A DNA stretch of 61,262 nt. Source: an uncultured Ruminococcus sp. Lineage in GTDB: Bacteria; Bacillota; Clostridia; Oscillospirales; CAG-272. Below, one piece after another: positions 30,459-39,787 of the stretch. A model generated the notes under the pieces. It was not told the DNA's origin, made no database searches, and saw only the letters and a program-made list of their open reading frames with translations. Numbering within the stretch: the stretch's first letter is position 1; every line of letters begins with the position of its first letter. The position numbers and the translations under genes were made by a program. The DNA is taken from the NCBI GenBank assembly GCA_964579135.1, contig CAZOFD010000006.1:1-61262 (forward strand). The letters run 5' to 3'.

Positions 30459-32410
30459 TCGGGACGTGCGAAAAAGTCGACTTTCGGCTCGAGAAATTCG
30501 ACGACGTGCCCCTCGCCGTACATTTCTTCGAAAGTCGCAAAAGCGTTTTGCCAATCGAAAAGCTCGTCGGAGGCGCCGAGATACTTCGCTACGTTCATAA
30601 CGGACTCGGGAGCTACGGGGTGCGCCATAAGAGCGGCGGTCTTCATTATGTGAAATGCGTCGATCATCGTTTGGCGGTAAAGAGAGGCGTCAAACTCCGT
30701 CTGCAGCTTTTTTGTGTTGGCGGAAAGCGACTTGTTATAATAACGGAAGAAATCTTCCATTACGGGCATAACGTTGGAAAACTCGAGCTTTGCCATATAG
30801 CTTTCGTACCTCAGAAGCGCCTCGTCGCAGATTTCCTTTACCTCGGGCGATACCGTGCCGACGGGCATTGCGGCGTTGCCGCCGTTATATTGCTGAAAGG
30901 TGTAGAAAGTCGTTCTTATCGCGCGGTTCAAAAGGTTGGTAAAAGCACCGAACTCGCGGTAAACGGGGTCGCCCTCGTTCGAGTTCGGGTCGGGCGAGTA
31001 GGGCTTGGGTCTGAAAGGAACGCTTGCTTTTTGCAGGCCGAGCGCGAGAAAATGCGCGCGAAGTTGCTCGGCGGAGTAGTGCTCGAGCAGTTCTTTCGCC
31101 ATCGGGGGTTTTATAGCTCCGCTGCTGCTTGCCTTTTTGTCGAAGAACAGAATGTGTTTGTTCGCGACGATCGTAGGCAGGGAGAAGTTCCACGTCTCGT
31201 CGGTCTCGGAGATTGCGCGGAACATAGCGGGCTCGGCAAGCGCGTAAAAATAAATATTATCCTCGCCTATGAATTGTACGACGCGAGCGTCGTCCGAGCA
31301 CCACCAGTCTTTCCATTCCTCGGCGGATTTGCCGACGGACTCGAGGTATGCGCGGGTGAACGAGATAGGCGCCCAAAGGGATTCGGGCCAGACCCAAAAG
31401 GTAAGACCCGACATTCCGTTTTTCTCGGGCACGGGTACTCCCCATTCGACGTTGCCCGAAAGTCTGAAAGGTACGACGGTCTTGTTCGTACGATAGCGTA
31501 TCTCGCCGTTTGCAAGCAGTTTCGTCGCTCGTTCGCGATCCTCGAGGCTTGCGAACGTTATCTTGCAGTTCTTTTGCTTTTCGTTGTCTTCGACGGAGAT
31601 GTCGAAGCCGTCGAGGAGCGCAAGCGCTTCTTCTTTGTTTTCGAGCTTGAGCTGGAGCGCGGGGCGCTTCAGGAACTCGTCGCATACGACGGTCGAAAAA
31701 TCTCGAACCATATCGTCTTTTTGCCAAGCCTCGACGACGCTTTTGAGGTAATCGAAAAGGTCGCTCATATCGAAATACCAATTTCGCACGTTTTTGAGGA
31801 CGGGACGCGTTCCCGACAACGTGCTGACGGGCGCGATAAGATCCTCGGGGAAATATTGGTGTCCGAGCGAGCATTCGTCGGCATAGGCGTGCTCTGAGCG
31901 GCAACCCGCTATCGGGCAACGCCCCATAACTTGGCGTCCGTTAAGAAAAACTCCGCGCTCCTCGTCGTAAAACTGAGCCGTGGACATCTCGCGAACGCGA
32001 CCGCTTGCGAAAAGACGGGAAAAGAACTCCTCGCTGAACTTCGTGTGTTCGCGCCCGGTAGCTCCGAGCCCCGAAGCACCGAAAAGGGAAAGGCTTACGC
32101 CGTATTTCTCGAGTGTCTCGCGCTGCGAGGCGTGGTTTTGCTCGACAAAATCCGTCATAGACCCCTCGAAGAGCCCGGCTTCTTTCAGCTCCCGATATTT
32201 TTCGACTATCGGTGAGCCGTAGCAGTCCGTGCCCGAGACGAAGATAACGTTGTCTTTGCCTATTCTGTCGCGCATAAAGCGCGCGTAAACGTCGGCGTGT
32301 ACGAATACACCGCCGATGTGACCGAAGTGGAGTTCTTTGCTTCCGTAAGGCATACCCGCGGTAACGAGCACTCTTTTCGGGAAGGTAGGTCTTGTGTTTT
32401 CCGTTTTCAT
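30440..32410 (-). CDS. metG: Divergent methionine--tRNA ligase (class I aaRS)
   Basis: TAGMPY...LHFGH (HIGH-like), GTDCYG, FLNGRQVMGRCP knuckle, WGVPVP, KASSS (KMSKS-like), NLLNR. No C-terminal tRNA-binding OB domain. Confidence 0.8.
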   Translation of the reverse strand: MKTENTRPTFPKRVLVTAGMPYGSKELHFGHIGGVFVHADVYARFMRDRIGKDNVIFVSGTDCYGSPIVEKYRELKEAGLFEGSMTDFVEQNHASQRETLEKYGVSLSLFGASGLGATGREHTKFSEEFFSRLFASGRVREMSTAQFYDEERGVFLNGRQVMGRCPIAGCRSEHAYADECSLGHQYFPEDLIAPVSTLSGTRPVLKNVRNWYFDMSDLFDYLKSVVEAWQKDDMVRDFSTVVCDEFLKRPALQLKLENKEEALALLDGFDISVEDNEKQKNCKITFASLEDRERATKLLANGEIRYRTNKTVVPFRLSGNVEWGVPVPEKNGMSGLTFWVWPESLWAPISFTRAYLESVGKSAEEWKDWWCSDDARVVQFIGEDNIYFYALAEPAMFRAISETDETWNFSLPTIVANKHILFFDKKASSSGAIKPPMAKELLEHYSAEQLRAHFLALGLQKASVPFRPKPYSPDPNSNEGDPVYREFGAFTNLLNRAIRTTFYTFQQYNGGNAAMPVGTVSPEVKEICDEALLRYESYMAKLEFSNVMPVMEDFFRYYNKSLSANTKKLQTEFDASLYRQTMIDAFHIMKTAALMAHPVAPESVMNVAKYLGASDELFDWQNAFATFEEMYGEGHVVEFLEPKVDFFARPEWQYNA

Positions 32411-32431
32411 TGCGATATCACCCTGCTTTGA

Positions 32432-34117
32432 TTATAATGAGTCAACGTATGCTTTAACGCGAGCGAGCGCGCGGTCTTTGCCGAGTACGGAGATTACCGT
32501 GTAAAGGTCGGGGGCGTTCGTCCTGCCCGTTACGGCGAGGCGCACGTAGGTGCTGACGTCGGATATACTGCCTGCCCACGACGACGGGTCGGCTTTGTAC
32601 GCTTTCATATCCGAGGCGTAACCGAGAGAGGAGACGACGGATTTCAGCATATCGAACCATCCCTCGGCGTCGAGGTCGGGATCGTATGCGTCAAGGTATG
32701 CGTTCAGCACTTTTTTCACGTCGTTCGGGTCGCATCCGACGGGGAGAGCGTCGCGGCGAACGAACAGCTCGTCGAAGAAATAAGAGACGCAGTCGCGCAC
32801 CTCGCTCCAAAGAGCGAAATCCTTGCGCGGCTTTTTGCCGCCGCGACCTATGGCAAACACGGATTCCGTGTATTCGCGATCGGCGGAAAGAGCGGCGTAA
32901 AGTTCGGGGTCGTTATCTTTCGCCCAATCGCAAACGCCTTGCGTCACCTCGCCTGCGGTCATCGAAGCCATTACGTTTTTGGAAACGTCGCGAAGTTTGT
33001 CGCGGTCGAAAAGGCACCCGGACGCGCTCATCTTTTTTACGTTGAAAGCGAAAGAGGTGTATGGAACGTTCGGGTTTGCCGTGCGCCATTCCTCGAAATT
33101 CGAGTTGAGGATGGTCAAAAGGTATTCGCAAACGGCGCGCGGCGAATATCCGAGCCGTTCGTAATCGTTCATATTCGCGCCGAGGTCGCGTTTCGAAAGC
33201 TTCTTTTTGTTGCCGTTTTCGTCAAGTTGCATTATCTGCGCGGTGTGCAGATATTTGGGCTGACGAAAACCGAGGTAACGGAAAAGCTGTATGTGCTTCG
33301 CAACGCTCGGCAGCCACTCCTCGCCTCGGATGACGTGCGTCGTGCGCATAAGGTGATCGTCGACGGCGTGGGCGAAGTGATAGGTCGGGATGCCGTCGTT
33401 CTTGAGCAGAACGAAATCCTCGTCGTTTTCGGGGATCTCGAGCTTGCCCTTTATGAGATCGGTAAAAGGCGTTTTTTTCTCGGGATCGCCGTCCGCCAAT
33501 ATGCGCAAAACGAAGCGATTGCCCCGAGCGAGATTTTCTTTTACCTCCTCAAGGGTAATATTGCGCCTTGCGAGCATTTCGGCTTTTTCCGCCGCGTCGC
33601 TCTCCTCGGTGCGCTCGCGATGCGCCTGCAGCTTTTTGTCGACGGCGTCGAGCTCCGCAATCTCGCTGTCGGTGTTAAAGCAGGGGTAGGCTTTGCCTTC
33701 GGCTACGAGTTTTTTTGCGAAAACGTGATATATCTCCTTGCGGTCGCTTTGGCGATAGGGACCGTAGGCGCCTTTGTCGGCGACGTTTCCGCCGTCGTCG
33801 ATCGTCGCGCCCTCGTCGAAAGCGATGCCGTAGCGCGAAAGGACTCCGATTAGATTTTCGGCGGCGCCTTCGATCTCGCGCTTCGAATCGGTGTCCTCGA
33901 TCCTCAAATAAAATATTCCGCCCGACTGGTGCGCAAGTCTTTCGCCCACCATCGTTTGGTAAACGCCGCCGATGTGGACAAAGCCGGTCGGGCTCGGCGC
34001 AAAGCGCGTCACTTTCGCGCCCTCGGGCAGCTCTCGGGGCGGGTATTTCGCCTCGAGGTCCTCGGGCGTTAACGTAACGTTCGGAAATAGCAGATCGGCA
34101 AGTTGAACAAAATCCAT
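32432..34117 (-). CDS. gltX: Glutamate--tRNA ligase
   Basis: RFAPSPTG, HIGG, LRIEDTD, GPYRQS, PTYHFAHAVDD, RGEEW, KLSKR. RBS GGAG before ATG 34117. Confidence 0.95.
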   Translation of the reverse strand: MDFVQLADLLFPNVTLTPEDLEAKYPPRELPEGAKVTRFAPSPTGFVHIGGVYQTMVGERLAHQSGGIFYLRIEDTDSKREIEGAAENLIGVLSRYGIAFDEGATIDDGGNVADKGAYGPYRQSDRKEIYHVFAKKLVAEGKAYPCFNTDSEIAELDAVDKKLQAHRERTEESDAAEKAEMLARRNITLEEVKENLARGNRFVLRILADGDPEKKTPFTDLIKGKLEIPENDEDFVLLKNDGIPTYHFAHAVDDHLMRTTHVIRGEEWLPSVAKHIQLFRYLGFRQPKYLHTAQIMQLDENGNKKKLSKRDLGANMNDYERLGYSPRAVCEYLLTILNSNFEEWRTANPNVPYTSFAFNVKKMSASGCLFDRDKLRDVSKNVMASMTAGEVTQGVCDWAKDNDPELYAALSADREYTESVFAIGRGGKKPRKDFALWSEVRDCVSYFFDELFVRRDALPVGCDPNDVKKVLNAYLDAYDPDLDAEGWFDMLKSVVSSLGYASDMKAYKADPSSWAGSISDVSTYVRLAVTGRTNAPDLYTVISVLGKDRALARVKAYVDSL

Positions 34118-34218
34118 TTTATAAGTCTCCGTTCCGACGAGATAACGTCGTTTGTTTTGTGTTTCGATCGGCAAGCGGTGCCGTTTTAAATTTCGGCGCT
34201 TTTCGCGCGCTTGATTTT

Positions 34219-34845
34219 TTAATGTCGGGGTATCTGACGTGCGCGTGCGAGAACGTCGCGCGCGTCGGCAAAAAACGCGTTGCCGTGCCCGGGCAAAAAT
34301 TTTCGCTCTCGGCAGTATTGCGACAGGCGAGTAAGCGAGCTTTGCAGCTTTTCGCCGTCTCCGCCCGGCAGATCGTATCTGCCGAAGCCGCGCTCGAAGA
34401 GCGTGTCGCCGCAGACGACGAGATCGTCCGTCAGATAGCATACCGAGCCCTCGGTGTGCCCGGGGGTGGCGAGGACGAGCAGGTCCTCGCTGCCGACGCG
34501 CAAAACGTCGCCGTCGCAAACGAGCCTGTCCGCACGTACTCCGGGCGCAAAAGGCATACCGAAAGCGAGCGAGGCGTTGAGTCGCGCCTCGCGAAGCATT
34601 TCTTCGTCTGCGGGGTGCATAATTATCGGCGCGCTTGTCGCCGCTTTAAGCTCGGCAAGCGCCGTGATATGGTCGAAGTGCCCGTGTGTCAGCAAAACGG
34701 CACGCAGCGTTGCCCCCGAGTCGCGCACACGTCGCAGGATATCCGCGACGCTTGCCGACGGGTCGACAACGGCACATTCGCCGTTCGATATCAAAATATG
34801 GCAGTTCGAAGCCGCCGAGCGACCATCAAGCGTAACGACGTCCAA
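34219..34845 (-). CDS. MBL-fold metallo-hydrolase (glyoxalase II/YcbL-like)
   Basis: THGHFDH, TPGHTEG, GDTLF, PGHG. RBS GGAGG before the TTG start. Confidence 0.92.
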   Translation of the reverse strand: MDVVTLDGRSAASNCHILISNGECAVVDPSASVADILRRVRDSGATLRAVLLTHGHFDHITALAELKAATSAPIIMHPADEEMLREARLNASLAFGMPFAPGVRADRLVCDGDVLRVGSEDLLVLATPGHTEGSVCYLTDDLVVCGDTLFERGFGRYDLPGGDGEKLQSSLTRLSQYCRERKFLPGHGNAFFADARDVLARARQIPRH

Positions 34846-35115
34846 ATTTACGCACCTCCGTAACGTACGATACCATATTATTCTACCATATTTTTTTAAT
34901 TTTGTCTATAAGTTTGCGTCGAGTGGCGAAATTATTTTCGCTAAGACGGAAAACCGCCGACTCGGAGGCTCGTTTCGGTGCGCGGAACGGCAAAAGTGCG
35001 TGCTTTTGCCGAAGAACGTCCGTTTTCGGGGGCGATTTTCGCGAAAACGCTTTTATTTTTCGCCGATCTGTGATATAATGGCTAAAAATTGCTTTTTGCG
35101 AAAGGAGGCGGTTCT

Positions 35116-37515
35116 TTGCAGTGCGAAAAATACGGATCGGGCTTTAGGAGAGCCGCTTCCTTTTTCGTTGCTTTGGCGTTGGCGTTTGCGGTCTTCGCGC
35201 CCGCTTTTTGCGTTTCGACCGCGGGTGCGGACGGTAAGACGGGCAATATAAGTCTGTGCGAATACGACGCGCAAACGGAAAGCGTAAGGATATCGGGCAC
35301 CATCGCGCACGGAGTGCTGCCGTCGTATACGGGGGCAAAATTGGCTGTGTACCGCGTTATGCCGTGGGAATCCGCCGAGGACGTCATCGCCCGCGGCGAG
35401 CCTGCGGCAAGCTGCGATCTCGGCGTCAGATTCGATTTTTCCGTTCCGGCGAGCGGTGCGGCTGACAAACTCGCCGCCTATGTGGTCGTTATCGAGTCCG
35501 GCGGAGAAAAAATAGCCGTCGACACGCCGCGCCATATAGATCTTGCGTCGGCAAGCACGCTCCCCGCGGGATTTAAGGGGATAGCCGCCGACGAGAGCGG
35601 CGAGACGGCGAACGTTGCCGCCGGAGCGGTGTTTGTAAACGTATATCTCGACAGATTGTTTTGCGAGAGCAGCAACGGATACTTTTTTAATTCCGACGGA
35701 ATGATATATTATTTCGACAGGGACGAAACGGACTCGCTCGACCGTGCGGTTCGTTCGGCATACGCTTCGGGTGCGAACGTTTATTTGAGATTCCTCGTTT
35801 CCGCCGATACGAGCGCCGAGGGCTTTGCCGTTCCGTTTGCTTCGACGTCCGTCGGTGCGGCGCAATATCGCGCGCTTGACGTTTCGACCGAAGAGGGGGC
35901 GCTTGCGCTCTATGCTTTAACGTACTTTATCGTTTCGCGCTACGGCGACGGCTCGAGCGGCAAGATAAGCGGCATCGTGCTCGGCAGGAGCGCGGACGTG
36001 CCGTGGAGATACGGCTATTCCGATGCCGAGGGTGACGCGTATTTCGAAAGCTACGCTCGCGCTCTCGTTCTTGTCGGTCTTACGGCGGTTATGGCTTCCG
36101 ACCGAGCGCCGGCGCTCGTCGTGCCGGTGAGTGACGCGACGACAGACGACGGTGCGGCGCACTGCCGCGCGTTTTTGAGCTCTGTTGCCGAACGGGTTTA
36201 TTCTTTCTCTAAATTGACGTTTTTCGTTATGGTCGACAGCGAAAATACGCCCTACGGTCTGAGCGACGAATTTTTTCTCACGTCGAGCGAGAGCGGCGAC
36301 GACGCTTCGGACGCGGCGTTGCCCGTCGACGTCGGCACGTCCGAGACGGGCGGGGAGGAAGACGCGCCGCCGGAGGTTGACGGCGGCGAGACTCCGTCTT
36401 ATACACCGCCCGAAAAGAACGACGTGAAAAACGGATTTTTTTGCACCGATACGCTTGACGTGTTTATCGAAGCGCTCTCCGCTGTCAGAAGCCGTTGCCT
36501 GTCCGTCAACGCGGGATATATTTGGTGTTGGCATACGGGCTCGGTGGCGTGCGAGGAGGCTCTTTCCGCCTCGTACTTATACTGTTGCGCCGCGCTTTCC
36601 GCCGGCGGCGCTTCGACGTTCGTGACGGATATCGAAGCGACAAGCGTTTCGGGCGGATTTTTGCAAACGATAAGATACGCCGGCACGGACAAGACGGGTG
36701 CCGCCGAAGCTCGCGCTCTTGCGGTGTTTGCCGCCGAGGATTGGGGCGATATAATAAGCGGCTATACCGGCTTTGCGGGCTCGGGCAGAGAACTGCGCGA
36801 GACGGCGCTGCTTGGCACGCCCGGTACCGTTGCCGGCAGCGTGCCGATATGGAATTTTAAGGCGAAAAACGGCGTCCTCGGCTGGTTTGCCGACTACGGT
36901 TGCAACTCGCTGAAAAGCGACGTCGATGGTTCCGATCGGTATTTGAGCGCTCGGATGAGCGGCTCGCGCACCTCTTCCGTCGGCATCGTCTGCAAAGAGC
37001 CGGAGCTTGCGGCTTACTCCGACAGTATATCCTTCGAGCTTGAATGCGTATCGAACGATTCGCGCGTTTTCGAGATATGCGTGTCGCTCGTTTCGGGCGA
37101 TCTTGTTACGGTGGCAAGCGCGATGGTCGACTCCAACGCAAGGCAAACGCTGTACCTTGCCATTGACGCCTCAAGCGCCGCCGAGATAACCTCCGCGCGT
37201 ATATCGGTTACCGACGGCATAGGCGACGAGCCGTATGAGCTGAGGGTGTACGAAATCTCTCTCAACAGCGCCGTTTACGACGACGCGCAATTATCCTACC
37301 TGCTTTCGGAGGCGCGCGCGGACAAGCGAACGGATGAGGGCGCCGACGCTTTGCGCGACGCCGGCGGCAAATTGGCGGTCATCGCCGCTTTTGCATTGAC
37401 CGCCGCGGTACTTGCCGCAGTGTTTGTCGCCGATAGGCACCGTGCGGCGAAAAAAGGCGAAAACCGTTCTCCCGGTGCTCGCGCGACGGGCTCCGAGGCG
37501 CAGCGAAAGCCGTAA
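35116..37515 (+). CDS. Large exported, C-terminally anchored protein (possible DUF5722/glycoside hydrolase-like fold)
   Basis: RBS AAGGAGG before TTG 35116. Signal peptide, alpha/beta core, acidic linker, beta-rich C-terminal domain, TM helix and basic tail. The family call is tentative. Confidence 0.6.
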   Translation: MQCEKYGSGFRRAASFFVALALAFAVFAPAFCVSTAGADGKTGNISLCEYDAQTESVRISGTIAHGVLPSYTGAKLAVYRVMPWESAEDVIARGEPAASCDLGVRFDFSVPASGAADKLAAYVVVIESGGEKIAVDTPRHIDLASASTLPAGFKGIAADESGETANVAAGAVFVNVYLDRLFCESSNGYFFNSDGMIYYFDRDETDSLDRAVRSAYASGANVYLRFLVSADTSAEGFAVPFASTSVGAAQYRALDVSTEEGALALYALTYFIVSRYGDGSSGKISGIVLGRSADVPWRYGYSDAEGDAYFESYARALVLVGLTAVMASDRAPALVVPVSDATTDDGAAHCRAFLSSVAERVYSFSKLTFFVMVDSENTPYGLSDEFFLTSSESGDDASDAALPVDVGTSETGGEEDAPPEVDGGETPSYTPPEKNDVKNGFFCTDTLDVFIEALSAVRSRCLSVNAGYIWCWHTGSVACEEALSASYLYCCAALSAGGASTFVTDIEATSVSGGFLQTIRYAGTDKTGAAEARALAVFAAEDWGDIISGYTGFAGSGRELRETALLGTPGTVAGSVPIWNFKAKNGVLGWFADYGCNSLKSDVDGSDRYLSARMSGSRTSSVGIVCKEPELAAYSDSISFELECVSNDSRVFEICVSLVSGDLVTVASAMVDSNARQTLYLAIDASSAAEITSARISVTDGIGDEPYELRVYEISLNSAVYDDAQLSYLLSEARADKRTDEGADALRDAGGKLAVIAAFALTAAVLAAVFVADRHRAAKKGENRSPGARATGSEAQRKP

Positions 37516-37667
37516 ACGGCTCGGGCGCCGACGGCGCAAATCAAACGCAGCGTAACGGAATAAAATATTAACGACAAACGGCTATGCGTTTTTGCCGACT
37601 GCAGACGCGGAAAAAACAAACGCACGAAAATAAAAGGCGCAATGCGCCGTGAAAGGCACGATAAATT

Positions 37668-39122
37668 ATGAAAAACGTCGAGCGAAACCTTACTATGCTT
37701 TGTGATTTTTACGAACTTACTATGGCGAACGGATACTTGAAATGCGGTCTCGGTGACACCTACACGTATTTCGACGTATTCTATCGCTCCAATCCCGACG
37801 GCGGCGGGTACGCCGTTGCGGCGGGCTTGGCTCAAATAATCGAGTATATCGAAGACCTGCACTTTACCGAGGACGATATAGAATATTTGCGTACGAAAAA
37901 CATTTTCGACGAGGCGTTTTTCGATTACCTCAGAAATTTCAAATTCGACGGCGACATCTGGGCGGTGCCCGAGGGGACGGTCATATTCCCGGGTGAGCCC
38001 GTTATCACCGTTCGCGCGAAAGCTCCGCAGGCACAGTTTATAGAGACCTATCTTCTTTTGCAGTTCAATCATCAGTCGGCGATAGCCACGAAGGCGACAC
38101 GTATCGTTCGCGCAGCTGAGGGGCGTACGATAAGCGAGTTCGGCTCTCGTCGTGCGCAAGGCGCGGACGCGGCGATACTCGGCGCACGCGCGGCGTATAT
38201 CGGCGGAGTTAACGCAACCGCCTGCACCGTTACCGACGAACTTTATTCCGTTCCCGCGACCGGAACGATGGCTCACTCGTGGGTGCAGATGTTCCCCGAC
38301 GAATACACTGCGTTTAAGACCTACTGCGAGATATATCCCGATAACGCAACGCTGCTCGTCGACACGTATAACGTTTTCGAGTCCGGACTGCCGAACGCTA
38401 TCCGCGCTTTCAAAGAGGTGCTTTTGCCGCGAGGTATAACGAAGTGCGCCATAAGGATAGATTCCGGGGACATCGCTTATACCACGAGAAAAGCAAGAAA
38501 AGTGCTTGACGAGGCGGGGTTCCCTCAATGCAAGATCATCATATCCAACTCTCTTGACGAGCGGATAATACGCGACATCATACGCCAAGGCGCGTGCGTC
38601 GACGGTTTCGGCGTCGGCGAACGGCTTATAACCTCGAAAAGCGCGCCCGTTTTCGGCGGAGTTTACAAACTGTGCGCGATAGAGGACGAAAACGGCAACG
38701 TCGTACCGAAGATCAAGATAAGTGAAAATACGGCGAAGATCACAACTCCGCATTTCAAAAAAGTATACAGGCTGTACAGCCGCGAAAACGGAAAGGCGGA
38801 AGCGGACCTTGTTTGCGTACACGACGAGGACGTACGTTTCGACGAGCCTTTCGAGATCTTCGACCCGCAGTATACTTGGAAGAGAAAAACGATCGAAAAC
38901 GTTGAGGCTGTGCCGCTGCTTGAGCGCATATTCGACGGCGGTCGCCTTGTTTACGAGATACCGAGCATCGAAGAGTCGCGCAACAGATGCCGCGAGCAGC
39001 TTGCGACGATGTGGGACGAGGTACTGCGCTGGGAGAATCCGCACAATTATTACGTTGACCTTTCGCAAAAGTTGTGGGACGTCAAGAACGGCTTGCTGCT
39101 CAGTATGCGCAGCAAACGTTGA
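37668..39122 (+). CDS. pncB: Nicotinate phosphoribosyltransferase
   Basis: DFYELTM, EFGSRRA, GTMAHSW (phospho-His), LVDTY, RIDSGD, FGVGE, GGVYKL. Confidence 0.97.
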   Translation: MKNVERNLTMLCDFYELTMANGYLKCGLGDTYTYFDVFYRSNPDGGGYAVAAGLAQIIEYIEDLHFTEDDIEYLRTKNIFDEAFFDYLRNFKFDGDIWAVPEGTVIFPGEPVITVRAKAPQAQFIETYLLLQFNHQSAIATKATRIVRAAEGRTISEFGSRRAQGADAAILGARAAYIGGVNATACTVTDELYSVPATGTMAHSWVQMFPDEYTAFKTYCEIYPDNATLLVDTYNVFESGLPNAIRAFKEVLLPRGITKCAIRIDSGDIAYTTRKARKVLDEAGFPQCKIIISNSLDERIIRDIIRQGACVDGFGVGERLITSKSAPVFGGVYKLCAIEDENGNVVPKIKISENTAKITTPHFKKVYRLYSRENGKAEADLVCVHDEDVRFDEPFEIFDPQYTWKRKTIENVEAVPLLERIFDGGRLVYEIPSIEESRNRCREQLATMWDEVLRWENPHNYYVDLSQKLWDVKNGLLLSMRSKR

Positions 39123-39127
39123 AAAAG

Positions 39128-39157
39128 AAAAGGTCGGATCATATGATCCGACCTTTT
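39128..39157. terminator. Bidirectional terminator between pncB and mscL (perfect 30-bp palindrome)
   Basis: AAAAGGTCGGATCATATGATCCGACCTTTT. Confidence 0.85.
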
Positions 39158-39181
39158 TCTCTTTAAACAATCAGTTTCGTA

Positions 39182-39727
39182 TCAGCCGCGCTTTTTAAGT
39201 TCGGCGAGTATCTCGGAAAGGAGCTGCTCGTTGTTGAGGACCGAAGTGCGAAGCCTTTCGTTCTCGGCTTCTTTTTCGTCTGCGAGAGCCTTTGCCGCCG
39301 CAGCTTCTTCTTCGGCTTTTTGCTTTGCGGCGTCCTCAGCCGCCTTTTTCTCCGCAATCTCTTTCGCACGCAATTTTTCGGTGGTCTTGGTCAGGATACG
39401 TACGACCGTAAAGATGCAGAGAGCTACGATCAAAAAGTCGATTATCGTCTGCAGCCAAGTGCCCCAGAGCAGAGCGACCTCTTCGGTGAGAACAGAGCCG
39501 TCGGCGGCAAGCTCTTCGTGAACGATGACCGTTTTTACACTGTCCAGACTTCCGTCTTTCAGGAATATTCCGACGAAAGGATTGATTATGTAGTTGACAA
39601 GTCCCGTTACGATCTTACCGAACGCACCGCCGACGACAACGCCGACAGCCATATCCACGACGTTGCCGCGAGAGATGAACTTTTTAAAGTCGGAAAAAAA
39701 TCCGCCGTCTTTTTGTTTTTTTGACAT
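39182..39727 (-). CDS. mscL: Large-conductance mechanosensitive channel
   Basis: FKKFISRGNVVDMAVGVVVGGAFGKIV, IIDFLIVA and C-terminal LLSEILAELK. Confidence 0.95.
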   Translation of the reverse strand: MSKKQKDGGFFSDFKKFISRGNVVDMAVGVVVGGAFGKIVTGLVNYIINPFVGIFLKDGSLDSVKTVIVHEELAADGSVLTEEVALLWGTWLQTIIDFLIVALCIFTVVRILTKTTEKLRAKEIAEKKAAEDAAKQKAEEEAAAAKALADEKEAENERLRTSVLNNEQLLSEILAELKKRG

Positions 39728-39758
39728 GATGTCCTCCGAATCTTATGTTGTTGTAATA

Positions 39759-39787
39759 ATTATAGGGTCTTGTTTTGCCGTTGTCAA
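39759..39787 (-). promoter_or_regulatory. Consensus sigma-A promoter of mscL
   Basis: Minus strand perfect TTGACA-N17-TATAAT. The -35 overlaps the upstream stop codon. Confidence 0.8.

Noticed and set aside
30362-31897. 511-aa plus-strand ORF
   Set aside because: Antisense to metG, with no RBS or domain signal.
34118-34519. 134-aa N-terminal extension of gltX in the ORF track
   Set aside because: It overlaps the MBL hydrolase gene. The RBS and homology support ATG 34117.
34860-35060. Cluster of small hairpins in a divergent intergenic region (sRNA or MITE?)
   Set aside because: No second copy seen in the window, no terminal repeats with target duplication and no known RNA motif.
37516-37667. 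Possible NAD-related riboswitch or operator upstream of pncB
   Set aside because: Only short hairpins are present, with no consensus I can recognise.
37296-39170. 624-aa minus-strand ORF
   Set aside because: Antisense to pncB, which has full motif support.
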